A stretch of DNA of 64,000 bases from positions 124,510,086-124,574,085 of the forward strand of contig NC_068982.1 of the NCBI RefSeq assembly GCF_001194135.2, given 5' to 3'. The notes below the pieces were generated by a model. That model was given only the letters and a program-made list of their open reading frames with translations. It ran no database searches and had not been told where the DNA came from. Positions within the stretch are counted from its first letter, which is position 1. Each line of letters starts with the position of its first letter. Shown here in pieces: positions 24,882-37,499 of this stretch. The translations under genes were made by a program, and so were the position numbers. The stretch is from Octopus bimaculoides. Its lineage: Eukaryota.

Positions 24882-25210
24882 TGTAGGTACATGGCTCAGT
24901 AGAGCGTCGAGCTTACGATCGTGAGGTTATGAGTTCGATTCGCGGACCGGGCTGTGTGTTGTGTTCTTGACACTTTATTTCGTGTTGCTCCAGTTCACTC
25001 ATCTATAGAAATGAGTTGCGACGTCACTGGTGCCAAACTGTATATCGGCCTTTGCTTTTTCCCTCGGATAACATCGGTGGCATGAAGAGGGGAGGCTGGT
25101 ATACGTGGGCAACTGTTGGTCTTCTATAAACAAACTTGGCTGGACTTATGCCTTGGAGGAGAACCTTCTAGGTGTAATCCGATGGTTATTCGTGAGCAGA
25201 AGGGGTCTGT
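24882..25210 (+). mobile_element. tRNA-head SINE family D with a distinct 3' tail
   Basis: ggtacatggctcagtagagcgtcgagcttacgatcgtgaggttatgagttcgattc head, core cgtgttgctccagttcactc, tail tgcgacgtcactggtgcc... Confidence 0.75.
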
Positions 25211-25497
25211 ACTCAGAGATTTAATATTGCTCATTTCTCCTTTTTCGAGATCAGCGACAGTTTGTCACTGGAAAAAGCATGTAGTATTTTGCGTGTGGAA
25301 TGAGTTTTCATCACTAGCTCGTGATTATCACACACTACCCAGAAACCCGGGTCTGTGTGTATCACGTAAGACTGGAGATGGAACGATGATTTCCCTACGC
25401 AAATACTAATCGGACACAGACAATGTGTCGTTAGCTAAAAACAACAGTAGCATTGTCCTCTGTGGGACCGCCACATTTAGTTGGCGATTATATTTTA

Positions 25498-25529
<32 letters not shown>

Positions 25530-25537
<8 letters not shown>

Positions 25538-25690
25538 GTCCGGCGAAAGTCATTCTCTTTTAGTGCCTTATTACTTAACACACTCACCGGTTCAATTTCC
25601 ATTAATTTACTTATTTAGTTTTTCTAAAATTTTCGTTGCGTCTTGCAACCTCTTCAATAGTCGTTGACTCTTTCCGTTATCAGAGCTGCA
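25530..25690 (-). mobile_element. Penelope-like element terminal fragment
   Basis: Minus strand ...ctattgaagaggttgcaagacgcaacgaaaattttag... followed by an AT-rich tail into (TA)n; resembles PLE pseudo-LTR ends. Confidence 0.5.
25624..25660 (-). ncRNA. Minimal type I hammerhead-like motif (U3 core variant)
   Basis: CUA-UUGAAGA-G-GUUGC-AAGAC-GCAAC-GAAA-A-UU-U-UAG: 3-bp stem I, 5-bp stem II, palindromic AAUU stem III. Confidence 0.4.
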
Positions 25691-25898
25691 TTCTTTTTGT
25701 TTGTTTGTGCGCATGTGTGTGCATCAGTGTGCATCAGTGTGCATGTGTATACACATATGTATGTATGTCATTATTCAGTTTATTTCAAGATTTCTTGCCA
25801 ATAAAGAACCGGTTTCTAACCTAGATCCAAGGTTCCTTCATTGGAATTTCAACGTCAACAATAGGGTATTTTTGTTTGTTTGTATGTATGTATGTATG

Positions 25899-25929
<31 letters not shown>

Positions 25930-26029
25930 GTATGTGTGCGCGTGTGTATGTGTGTATGTATGTATGTATGTATGTATGTATGTATGTATGTATGTATATG
26001 CATGTATGTGTGTGTGCATGCCTCCCTGT

Positions 26030-26165
26030 TTATTTCTGTGTTCCTTTCTGTCGAAGAGCGTAGGCTCGAAACGTAAAAGACTTTCTCACTTCCCGAGCGT
26101 TTAACTAATACACCTGTTTGTTGTTCACACACCCGTCTTCGTCTTTTGTTTTTTTGTAAATTCTC
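26030..26165 (+). mobile_element. Penelope-like element terminal fragment
   Basis: ctttctgtcgaagagcgtaggctcgaaacgtaaaagac... followed by a T-rich tail and (CATA)n. Confidence 0.55.
26044..26079 (+). ncRNA. Minimal type I hammerhead-like motif (A6U core variant)
   Basis: CUUU-CUGUCGA-A-GAGC-GUAG-GCUC-GAAA-C-GU-A-AAAG: 4-bp stem I, 4-bp stem II, palindromic ACGU stem III, GUA cleavage triplet. Confidence 0.5.
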
Positions 26166-26192
26166 ACTACATACATACATACATACATACAT

Positions 26193-26282
<90 letters not shown>

Positions 26283-27241
26283 NNNNNNNNNNNNNNNNNN
26301 NNNNNNNNNNNNNNNNNNNNNNNNNNNNNNNNNNNNNNNNNNNNNNNNNNNNNNNNNNNNNNNNNNNNNNNNNNNNNNNNNNNNNNNNNNNNNNNNNNNN
26401 NNNNNNNNNNNNNNNNNNNNNNNNNNNNNNNNNNNNNNNNNNNNNNNNNNNNNNNNNNNNNNNNNNNNNNNNNNNNNNNNNNNNNNNNNNNNNNNNNNNN
26501 NNNNNNNNNNNNNNNNNNNNNNNNNNNNNNNNNNNNNNNNNNNNNNNNNNNNNNNNNNNNNNNNNNNNNNNNNNNNNNNNNNNNNNNNNNNNNNNNNNNN
26601 NNNNNNNNNNNNNNNNNNNNNNNNNNNNNNNNNNNNNNNNNNNNNNNNNNNNNNNNNNNNNNNNNNNNNNNNNNNNNNNNNNNNNNNNNNNNNNNNNNNN
26701 NNNNNNNNNNNNNNNNNNNNNNNNNNNNNNNNNNNNNNNNNNNNNNNNNNNNNNNNNNNNNNNNNNNNNNNNNNNNNNNNNNNNNNNNNNNNNNNNNNNN
26801 NNNNNNNNNNNNNNNNNNNNNNNNNNNNNNNNNNNNNNNNNNNNNNNNNNNNNNNNNNNNNNNNNNNNNNNNNNNNNNNNNNNNNNNNNNNNNNNNNNNN
26901 NNNNNNNNNNNNNNNNNNNNNNNNNNNNNNNNNNNNNNNNNNNNNNNNNNNNNNNNNNNNNNNNNNNNNNNNNNNNNNNNNNNNNNNNNNNNNNNNNNNN
27001 NNNNNNNNNNNNNNNNNNNNNNNNNNNNNNNNNNNNNNNNNNNNNNNNNNNNNNNNNNNNNNNNNNNNNNNNNNNNNNNNNNNNNNNNNNNNNNNNNNNN
27101 NNNNNNNNNNNNNNNNNNNNNNNNNNNNNNNNNNNNNNNNNNNNNTATAGTACAAAAGAATATTAATATTTAGTTTAAGGCGGTGAGTTGGCAGAATCGG
27201 CGAAAATGCTTAGCATATACACACGCATATTTACATACATA

Positions 27242-27399
27242 CACTAGCGTAGCTGAGGTGTGTAGGAGCGGTCCGCCCCAGGCGGCTCTTTTAAAGGTGC
27301 TCCACGTTTGGGTCTGTGTAGGCAACATTTTTTTCTGGGGTCCGAGGGCGGCAAGCGGAAGGGCCGCCCCGGGCGGCACACACTCTAACTACGCTAGTG
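27242..27399. mobile_element. hAT-type MITE (158 bp)
   Basis: 11-bp perfect TIR CACTAGCGTAG / CTACGCTAGTG, 8-bp TSD CATACATA (27234-41 and 27400-07), GC-rich subterminal repeats gg(t/g)ccgcccc(a/g)ggcggc. Confidence 0.88.
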
Positions 27400-27622
27400 C
27401 ATACATAATACACACACGCGTATTTTGGCTATTGCACTGTTCTGTTATTTAGGAGTTTCTCCAACCTGTTGCTGGTCCCTCAACCAGATGTAGAATCAAT
27501 CAGGCTCAAGAGTGAATCAGGCTCAAGTGAGCCACGCTCAAGAGAACATAACACTCTCCAATGGTATTGAGTACTTTTTCTCCCATCCCCTATCACCAGT
27601 GTCTGTGTGAAGGCGTGTGCAA

Positions 27623-27678
<56 letters not shown>

Positions 27679-27803
27679 CTGTCTGTCTGTCTGTCTGTCT
27701 GTCTGTATGTTTCTCACTTTCTCTCTCTGTATGTATGTATATGTGTATGTGTGTGTATGTATATGTATGGATGCGTGTATTTTTGTATGTCTATATATGC
27801 TTG

Positions 27804-27839
<36 letters not shown>

Positions 27840-27861
27840 TGTATGTATACACACGCACACG

Positions 27862-27902
<41 letters not shown>

Positions 27903-29609
27903 ACATACATACATACATACATATGTGTGTATATATATATGTTAAGGCTATTGCATTATATAACATCGTAAGGCTACATTGATCACGTGTCTTTTCACAT
28001 GCAGTATGGTGATTGAGTGCCAAACATTTTAGGAAATTTTCCTTATAAATTGTGATGACATGTAAGTCTTTAAATTTGACATTTAGACTTTGATAATTAA
28101 CAGCTTTTTCCCTAAGTGGTCGAGCAGCCATTTTAGCAAAACTGAAAACGTTCTTTTAAAACAACAAAATTTTTATCTGAATTTATGTTTGTTGTTTTTT
28201 ATATACTATGTTGAAATAAACAGAAGAAATTTTATGATTTTTGAATAATTATTGATTCTTCTTTTGAGTAGGATTTTATTCAGCAGATTTTAGATACGGT
28301 AAAAGATCTTTGAATATGTTTTATTCTATACTAGTTGTAGAGGGCGTAGCGTGTTCGTGGAACCTATGGCAAATGAATAAATGGCGCTCATAAATCCCAC
28401 GAAATTTTCTTTATTGCAGATCGTTAGTGTTATGGTATTCAAACATGTTACTCGGAATAATAACTCTAATAATAACTCAGAATAATAAATCCAATATACA
28501 TTTTAGGATGTTTATTTTATGAAGTATGTAAAACATTATGTATATAAACCCTTCCAAAAATGCTTTGAGATAACACTGGTATGGTCTCGAATTCTGAATC
28601 CAAAGTCTTGATGAGGGGAAAAAGACAGTTTGAGGCAGAGAGTGAAAGATGTTATAATCTGCGGACGACTGACGATGTTGACGATGAGGATGATAATGGT
28701 GATGATGATTATGATGATGATATACATACATGCATACATACATACATACATACATACATATCTACAAACAAACATACATGTTTGAAGTTAGGATAAACAT
28801 AAGTTTATATGATTTGTTCCCAACGTACGTTTCCCCATTGTAGTTATTTGGAACATTGCATTAGATGTTCCAAGCGTAACTGAAATCATCAATGGCCATA
28901 TTATTGCATTATATTACACAGATTAAATGCCTGAATATCATAAACGGTAATACAATTACATAGTAGTAAAAACAGACTGGTTGAAGATATTCTGCGTGGA
29001 GCTTTAAACTTACTTCAGTAGCAGGCGTACATCTAATTATAATTGCACACACCAGATTTGCTATATACCTTTTACGCTTTACTTGTTTCAGTTATTAGAC
29101 TGTGGCCATGCTGGGGCATCACCTTCAAGAATTTTTAGTCGAACGAATCAATCGGTCTATGTTTGTGGTGGTGGTGGTGGTTGGTGGGGGGGGGGCGCTA
29201 GGAATGTGGCCTGGGTGTCAAGTGAGCGGAGACGCGAAAAAGCTTGGGAAGCACTAGTCTAAACCTTTCAATGACTGAAACAAGTAAAAGATAAAAATGA
29301 GAAAAGATATGGGACTTTTAAAATAATGTTTTGTTTGCTCCCATTTTTGATTATTTTTTCTTACAATTTTGAACTTTATTTTATGACAGTTTTCTCTTAC
29401 TTCTGTCAATGCAAACTCTTCAATGATATTAAAATTTTCCGTTTCCTCACCGTTCAGTGCAGAGTAAGGTTAAAGCCGACAATCTTTCTTGGCTTACTGA
29501 AGCTCTCAAATATGATATGATCATGATATAAGCATTAAAAAAGAAAAAAAAACACCCTTGAAGCAATACAGATGAGGATGCCAATAAATAAATAAAAAAA
29601 ACGTGAACA

Positions 29610-29815
29610 AGGCGTAGGAGTGGCTGTGTGGTAAGTAGCTTGCTTACGAACCACATCGTTCCGGGTTCAGTCCCACTGCGTGGCATCTTGTGCACGTGTC
29701 TTCTACTATAGCCTCGAGCCGACCAAAGCCTTGTGAGTGGATTTGGTAGACGGAAACTGAAAGAAGCTCGTCGTGTATATGTATGTGTGTATATNNNNNN
29801 NNNNTATATACATAC

Positions 29816-29855
<40 letters not shown>

Positions 29856-30015
29856 TTGTATGTCTGTGCTTATCCCCCCAACGTCGCTTGACAACCGATG
29901 CTGGTGTGTTTACGCCCCCGTAACTTAGCGGTTCGGCAAAAAAGCCCGATAAAATAAGTACTAGGCTTACATGGCCACAGTCAAACAAGTGAAACAAGTA
30001 AAAAAGTAAAAGAGT
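29610..30015 (+). mobile_element. Full-length SINE family B (OR-like, CORE-like segment, internal microsatellite)
   Basis: aggcgtaggagtggctgtgtggtaagtagcttgcttacgaaccaca...gggttcagtcccactgcgtggca...gtgtcttctactatagcc; internal (TG)n; tail ...gaaacaagtaaaa. Confidence 0.9.
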
Positions 30016-32435
30016 AAGCATCCAGATAACCAAGACTATATTATCCAAAAAGACAGTCGAATGTAGTTTTGAGCGAAATTTGGCTGCTATTTCTAGCAGG
30101 TGTATCGCATAAGATGTTTCCCCTGTAACTCATAAATTAAATAGTTCTGTTTAGTGAAAACTTATAGGAGTGAAAATATTTAAATAACTACATCCCTAAG
30201 CAAGTATGCCTAGAGATATAATTAAAAACATATCATTATGATGTCATTTATTGTAGGATATCATTCACATGTATTATCTTTTCCTCTACACTCCATCAGA
30301 TTATTACAGATGTCATTTCTATGATTTACTATGAATTTTAGCCCCACCTCTAAGCAAACTGTTTCCGCTAAATATATCAGATAAGGTACATTACTTTCAT
30401 TGGCCCGCGGGTCACAGGTCTATCCCAGGTTATAATTCAGTTAAGAAAACAGTTAAGATATGACGTAGCTGCAGAGGTATCTTTATCACATCCTCTATTT
30501 TTAAACGGTGACGATTCGTTCTCTGACAAGAAAAAGATGGGAGCGGTTCATGCTAAATTCTAAAAGACGGATACCAGAATTGTTTATGACACAGTCTTTA
30601 ACAATGCTGCTGTCCTACACAGAGAGGCTGACACACAGACACATGCATGCATACATACACGCATGCACGCACACATGCACAAACAAACAAACATACACAT
30701 TGTCACATTTTTTTTGTATCTTTAGTGTATGTGTGTATATCATGAACACGTAATATACATAAATATGTGCGTGCGTGTGGTCCGCCACAACATTCCTCCA
30801 TGGCAAGATTTAATTTGTGTATACAAATTTAATTTGCGGTCCATGGGAAGAGCTGTTTTAACGATGCGTCCTGCCTAGCTCTTCGAAACGCCGGTGTTAA
30901 AACGGAGGTAGCTGATGAAGTAGAATGTTCTCTATGTGGCTTGTGTGTTTTCTCGTCTCTGTTTTGTTTGCAATGTCCTGTACCCAGATATGCACCTATA
31001 CATACAGGTGGATGTCGGTATGTACATACCTGTACGTATATATGCATATATTTATATATTATTTATGTTATTATATGATGGAACGCCNNNNNNNNNNNNN
31101 NNNNNNNNNNNNNNNNNNNNNNNNNNNNNNNNNNNNNNNNNNNNNNNNNNNNNNNNNNNNNNNNNNNNNNNNNNNNNNNNNNNNNNNNNNNNNNNNNNNN
31201 NNNNNNNNNNNNNNNNNNNNNNNNNNNNNNNNNNNNNNNNNNNNNNNNNNNNNNNNNNNNNNNNNNNNNNNNNNNNNNNNNNNNNNNNNNNNNNNNNNNN
31301 NNNNNNNNNNNNNNNNNNNNNNNNNNNNNNNNNNNNNNNNNNNNNNNNNNNNNNNNNNNNNNNNNNNNNNNNNNNNNNNNNNNNNNNNNNNNNNNNNNNN
31401 NNNNNNNNNNNNNNNNNNNNNNNNNNNNNNNNNNNNNNNNNNNNNNNNNNNNNNNNNNNNNNNNNNNNNNNNNNNNNNNNNNNNNNNNNNNNNNNNNNNN
31501 NNNNNNNNNNNNNNNNNNNNNNNNNNNNNNNNNNNNNNNNNNTATATATATATATATATGTAGGTATGTACATATATGTATGTATATATGCATATATTTA
31601 TATATTATTTATGTTATTATATGATGGAACGCCACGCATCCTTTTTCAAGTAAGTTTTATCTATTCGGCAAAATGTTTCATACTGAGATTTTTTCTTGCT
31701 CGAAAGAATACTTGCGAACGATATGATTATTACTGTTCGCTACAATTTCATTTCATTTGAGAACGGACGTGCATGTATAACCATATTGCTGTTGTTGATG
31801 TTGTCAAACGAATTGCTTTTTTTTTTATTTGCGTGGGCATTGCTCCTTTCGTCAGTCTAAACGAACAAAAGAATACATTCATACAGATAATGGTGAGCGG
31901 ATTTAAGATAAAAAGAGGCCGGCGCCACCTTAGCAGAAGACATTTTTTCTCACTGAATAGTATCAAATCTTCTAAAGCAAGTTCGTTTTTGCTTTTCATC
32001 TCCAGTAGCCTTCTTCCTTCTGTATTGTTGCTTTCGTGTTTTTATTGAATCGGTAAATTTATCGTACACTTCGCTCGATCTTAAGAGCCGTATTCAGTTT
32101 CTTCAATTTTATCTGTTCCCAGTGAAAATAATTGTTTTTAATGTGTAACTTAATTGTTTTAATCTAATCTCATTAAATATCTCTAGAAGATTCTAGAAAT
32201 TTCATTTTAGGTTTATTCAAACTTTATTCATCGTAATCTCCATATAAATAGTAATAATGATAATAATTGACCAGCACGACAAATACTAAAATTATCATAC
32301 ATGATGATAATGCTGCTGCTGATCATGATGACGATTATGATGGTGGTGATGATGATGATGAAGATAAGGAAGAGTAAGAAGAAATAAAAGGAGATGATGA
32401 TGTTGATGATGATGACGACGACGACGATGATGATA

Positions 32436-32489
<54 letters not shown>

Positions 32490-32855
32490 GTGTGATGATG
32501 AGGAAGTCGGTTTCGGTGATGAATATTCTAGCGGTTCCATCGACTCAACTACCAACTCTTTCAGTTTTATTCTAAATGGCTGAGTATTTCTTAGACATTT
32601 GTATTTTTGAAATACTTCCCAGGAAGAATTAGTATTAGCATGTTACATTATATGACAAAGGTGGGTGGTCTCTTCAATTACAGGTTTCTTTCCATTTAAC
32701 GTGTTTCCATAAGTTTCCGTCTATCTCATTTCGCTCACAGCGAATGATTCAATGCAAGACTAAGGTAGAACACAATTATTGAAGGTATCTCGGTGTTAGA
32801 TCGAACCCGGCATCTAAGGATTAAGAAATGAACCATTTCCTTATTCAACTGTGCC

Positions 32856-32889
<34 letters not shown>

Positions 32890-33244
32890 NNNNNNNNNNN
32901 NNNNNNNNNNNNNNNNNNNNNNNNNNNNNNNNNNNNNNNNNNNNNNNNNNNNNNNNNNNNNNNNNNNNNNNNNNNNNNNNNNNNNNNNNNNNNNNNNNNN
33001 NNNNNNNNNNNNNNNNNNNNNNNNNNNNNNNNNNNNNNNNNNNNNNNNNNNNNNNNNNNNNNNNNNNNNNNNNNNNNNNNNNNNNNNNNNNNNNNNNNNN
33101 NNNNNNNNNNNNNNNNNNNNNNNNNNNNNNNNNNNNNNNNNNNNNNNNNNNNNNNNNNNNNNNNNNNNNNNNNNNNNNNNNNNNNNNNNNNNNNNNNNNN
33201 NNNNNNNNNNNNNNNNNNNNNNNNNNNNNNNNNNTATATATACA

Positions 33245-33738
33245 CAGGGTGCGGTGAATAAACTGTCGTCTAAATTACGCAAAAATGAAAATAACACTGA
33301 CATCTCATTTTAACAGATATATTTACCAAAAATACATAAAAATATCTTGAAATACTAAAGAATAAATTTATTCAATAAAATCCCCATTGGCTTCAGCCAT
33401 GGCCTCCAGACGACTTCATAATCTCCTGCAACCCTTTTAGACGATCTTGTTTAAGTTGGTGAATGGTGCCATAATCCTTGTCTTCAGTTCATCTTTGGTG
33501 TTACAAGGAGTTTTGTTGGTATCTCGCTCAACTGCATCCCACACATAATAATCAAGGAGGTTGCAGTCTGGGGAGTTAGGTAGCCAGATGTTAGGGGTGA
33601 TGTAGTCGCAGAAATTGTCTGACAGCCATGACTGGGTTCTCCTGCTTGTGTGGCATAGTGCAGAGTCCTGTTGCCAGATGTAGGGTCTTCAAGCAGCCAC
33701 CCTCTTGACCCAGGACAGCACTACCTCCTTCAGGCACA

Positions 33739-33740
<2 letters not shown>
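33245..33740 (-). mobile_element. maT/DD37D mariner-like transposon, 3' fragment with terminal repeat
   Basis: Minus translation ..PYIWQQDSALCHTSRRTQSWLSDNFCDYITPNIWLPNSPDCNLLDYYVW...EANGDFIE*. I count 37 residues between the second and third D. Terminus cagggtg at 33245. Confidence 0.88.
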
Positions 33741-33780
<40 letters not shown>

Positions 33781-34121
33781 AAATAGTAAATGAGTATATG
33801 CATATNNNNNNNNNNNNNNNNNNNNNNNNNNNNNNNNNNNNNNNNNNNNNNNNNNNNNNNNNNNNNNNNNNNNNNNNNNNNNNNNNNNNNNNNNNNNNNN
33901 NNNNNNNNNNNNNNNNNNNNNNNNNNNNNNNNNNNNNNNNNNNNNNNNNNNNNNNNNNNNNNNNNNNNNNNNNNNNNNNNNNNNNNNNNNNNNNNNNNNN
34001 NNNNNNNNNNNNNNNNNNNNNNNNNNNNNNNNNNNNNNNNNNNNNNNNNNNNNNNNNNNNNNNNNNNNNNNNNNNNNNNNNNNNNNNNNNNNNNNNNNNN
34101 NNNNNNNNNNNNNNNNNNNNN

Positions 34122-34190
<69 letters not shown>

Positions 34191-34809
34191 AATAAATATG
34201 TATACATGTATGTATGTAAGTATGTATGTTTGTATAGATATAGATGTATATACATAGACATTCTCACAAATTCACACGCATACATTCGCGCTCACAAAAG
34301 CACTCACACACACACACAATATTCATATGATGAATATTTTTTTTTATTTTACTCTAACATAGCATCTTCAAACACGACATCAAAGCCAAAATACGTCAAT
34401 AACTAGATTTCAAGAAGTGTTATGAGATTATAAAATGTAAACCCAATCCTCTTTAAAACCATAGAAACATCACATATGTAATGCATATGTACATACTTTA
34501 CCTTGGGAGAAGATCCTATTTATACCCTTTGGCCATCAGCGGACTCAGTTTACGTGACTAAGTGTGGAGTGTATTTTAAAGGAAAAACTGTCGTCATGCC
34601 AAAGACTGAACTTAGATGTTTAACGAATCAATGATTGTTAGACATTTTAAGAACATGTCCTTGAGTGTTCTGGCATCGCGATTCTTTGTCCACATGCAAC
34701 TTTACACATACATATACACGAATATGTGTGTCTATATATGCATGTATATTATATATGTATGTGCATGTGTATTTAAGTATAATATATATTTTATTTTATT
34801 TTATTTATA

Positions 34810-34868
34810 TCTATATATATAAAAATGAGAATGTGTGTCTGTCTGTCTGTCTGTCTGTCGGTCTGTCG

Positions 34869-34910
<42 letters not shown>

Positions 34911-36235
34911 GTAAATCCCTAAAACTCGAGAACTACGCAACCAATTTCATTCAAATTTTACACATGCCTTACTTAGGGTTCCAGTTGTGTTTTAGTCCAA
35001 AAAAAATTATTAACTTCTTGCAGAGTTCGAGCACACGGCAACATAATATCTCCTCCACTATTTAAGTATTACGTGTCAAAAGTGAAACAAAAACACTCAT
35101 GTCAAATACTTTCACTTTAAAAATGAAACTATTCCACTAANNNNNNNNNNNNNNNNNNNNNNNNNNNNNNNNNNNNNNNNNNNNNNNNNNNNNNNNNNNN
35201 NNNNNNNNNNNNNNNNNNNNNNNNNNNNNNNNNNNNNNNNNNNNNNNNNNNNNNNNNNNNNNNNNNNNNNNNNNNNNNNNNNNNNNNNNNNNNNNNNNNN
35301 NNNNNNNNNNNNNNNNNNNNNNNNNNNNNNNNNNNNNNNNNNNNNNNNNNNNNNNNNNNNNNNNNNNNNNNNNNNNNNNNNNNNNNNNNNNNNNNNNNNN
35401 NNNNNNNNNNNNNNNNNNNNNNNNNNNNNNNNNNNNNNNNNNNNNNNNNNNNNNNNNNNNNNNNNNNNNNNNNNNNNNNNNNNNNNNNNNNNNNNNNNNN
35501 NNNNNNNNNNNNNNNNNNNNNNNNNNNNNNNNNNNNNNNNNNNNNNNNNNNNNNNNNNNNNNNNNNNNNNNNNNNNNNNNNNNNNNNNNNNNNNNNNNNN
35601 NNNNNNNNNNNNNNNNNNNNNNNNNNNNNNNNNNNNNNNNNNNNNNNNNNNNNNNNNNNNNNNNNNNNNNNNNNNNNNNNNNNNNNNNNNNNNNNNNNNN
35701 NNNNNNNNNNNNNNNNNNNNNNNNNNNNNNNNNNNNNNNNNNNNNNNNNNNNNNNNNNNNNNNNNNNNNNNNNNNNNNNNNNNNNNNNNNNNNNNNNNNN
35801 NNNNNNNNNNNNNNNNNNNNNNNNNNNNNNNNNNNNNNNNNNNNNNNNNNNNNNNNNNNNNNNNNNNNNNNNNNNNNNNNNNNNNTGGTCTTCTCTTGGA
35901 AGAGCCCTGCTTCTCACATGGACAACTGTATGTTGGCTGCTCAAGAGAGGGCAGCAACAAAAAACCTATTTGTATATGCTCCACAAGGGAAAACAAGGAA
36001 CATAGTTTACAATGAGGTGTTATAATCACAACAGCAAGAAAGTATGTACATGATCACCTTCTTTTACGAAACTTCATTGACTTTCATATATTTATATTGA
36101 TATACATATATATACGTGTGTTTGGGTGCGTGTGTGTATATACATTTCTATATATAAAGATGATGCGTAGTCTAGACGGCGTTTTTAGATTTCATTATTC
36201 TCTTTAACCCGGGCAACGCCCGGTATTTCTGCTAG
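34810..36235 (+). mobile_element. Helitron with both termini (interior mostly N gap) and a helicase C-terminal remnant
   Basis: 5' A|TCTATATATATAAAA; 3' hairpin CCGGGC-AAC-GCCCGG (36209-23) followed 8 nt later by CTAG|T. 35887-36025 encodes GLLLEEPCFSHGQLYVGCSR/LFVYAPQGKTRNIVYNEVL* (Pif1-like RepHel end) with a +1 frameshift. Confidence 0.92.
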
Positions 36236-36303
36236 TAGTATATATATATTTCATATATGTATTATATCTATTTTATATATGCATCATATCTACTATCTGT
36301 CCG

Positions 36304-36365
<62 letters not shown>

Positions 36366-36378
36366 CATCCATCCATCC

Positions 36379-36439
<61 letters not shown>

Positions 36440-36459
36440 CATGTATTATGTACATTCTT

Positions 36460-36922
36460 TTACTCTTTTGTTTCACTCATTTGACTGCGGCCATGCTGGA
36501 GGGGTTTTTTAGACGGAGAAATCGACCCCAGGACTTATTCATTGTAAGCCTAGTACTAATTCTATCGGTCTCTTTTGTCGAACGTGTGTTTACCGGCTAT
36601 AGTAGCTTTTATCGGCTATAGTAGAAGACACTTGCCCAAAGTGCAACGCAGTGGAACTGAACTCTAAACCATGTGGTCGGGAAGCAAGTTACTTATTTCT
36701 TATATTTCTTTATTGCCCTCAAGGGGCTAAACATACAAGGGACAAACAAGGACAGACTAAGGGATTAAGTCGATTACATCGACGCCAGTGCGTAACATGT
36801 ACTTAATTTATCCCGAAAGGATGAAAGCAAAGTCGACCTCGGCGAAATTTGAACTCAGAACGTAGCGGCAGACGAAATACCACTAAGCATTTCGCCAGGC
36901 GTGCTAACGTTTCTGCCAGCAC
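36460..36922 (-). mobile_element. SINE family B fragments plus a SINE family A copy
   Basis: Reverse complements of both consensus sequences. Confidence 0.8.
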
Positions 36923-37024
36923 ACCACAAGCTTCTTACCACACAGCTACGCGTGCACCTATGTATGTATGTATGCATGTATGTATGTATGTATGTATGTA
37001 TGTATGTATGTATGTATGTATGTA

Positions 37025-37055
<31 letters not shown>

Positions 37056-37295
37056 ATATGTATGTATGTGTGAATACATATAGATGTATAGTTCTATCAG
37101 GCTGTTTTAAATCTGAAAACGTGCCTTCCTGAAGTAGTCCATCAGCCTTGTTCTTAGGAACAAAGACACCGGAATACACACATATACACGCATGTAGACA
37201 TACAAACACACATACATACATACTTACATACACACATACATAAATGCACAAATGCATAAGCACATACACCCGCCCGCATACTCTGGTACAGGCCC

Positions 37296-37357
<62 letters not shown>

Positions 37358-37499
37358 ATATACACATACACATATGTATCTATACACATATGTATGTATG
37401 TATATGTAATTATCACGGCCATCACTTTCGAGCGAACATACCATGGTAAAACGTAGCATGAAGTTGCGAACAGGCATCGATAAGCTTTCTACTGCCACT

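Noticed and set aside
24882-24960. Additional tRNA genes (tRNA-like heads at 4428, 24882, 44613, 62371 and others)
   Set aside because: These are SINE heads with broken stems that continue into SINE body sequence without a terminator.
30847-30892. Third hammerhead-like candidate (gaagagct...agctcttc-gaaacgcc)
   Set aside because: A stem and GAAA are present, but no CUGANGA-like core or stem I in register.
31040-31633. ~50-bp sequence duplicated on both sides of an N gap
   Set aside because: Most likely a contig-overlap or heterozygosity artefact at the gap edges.
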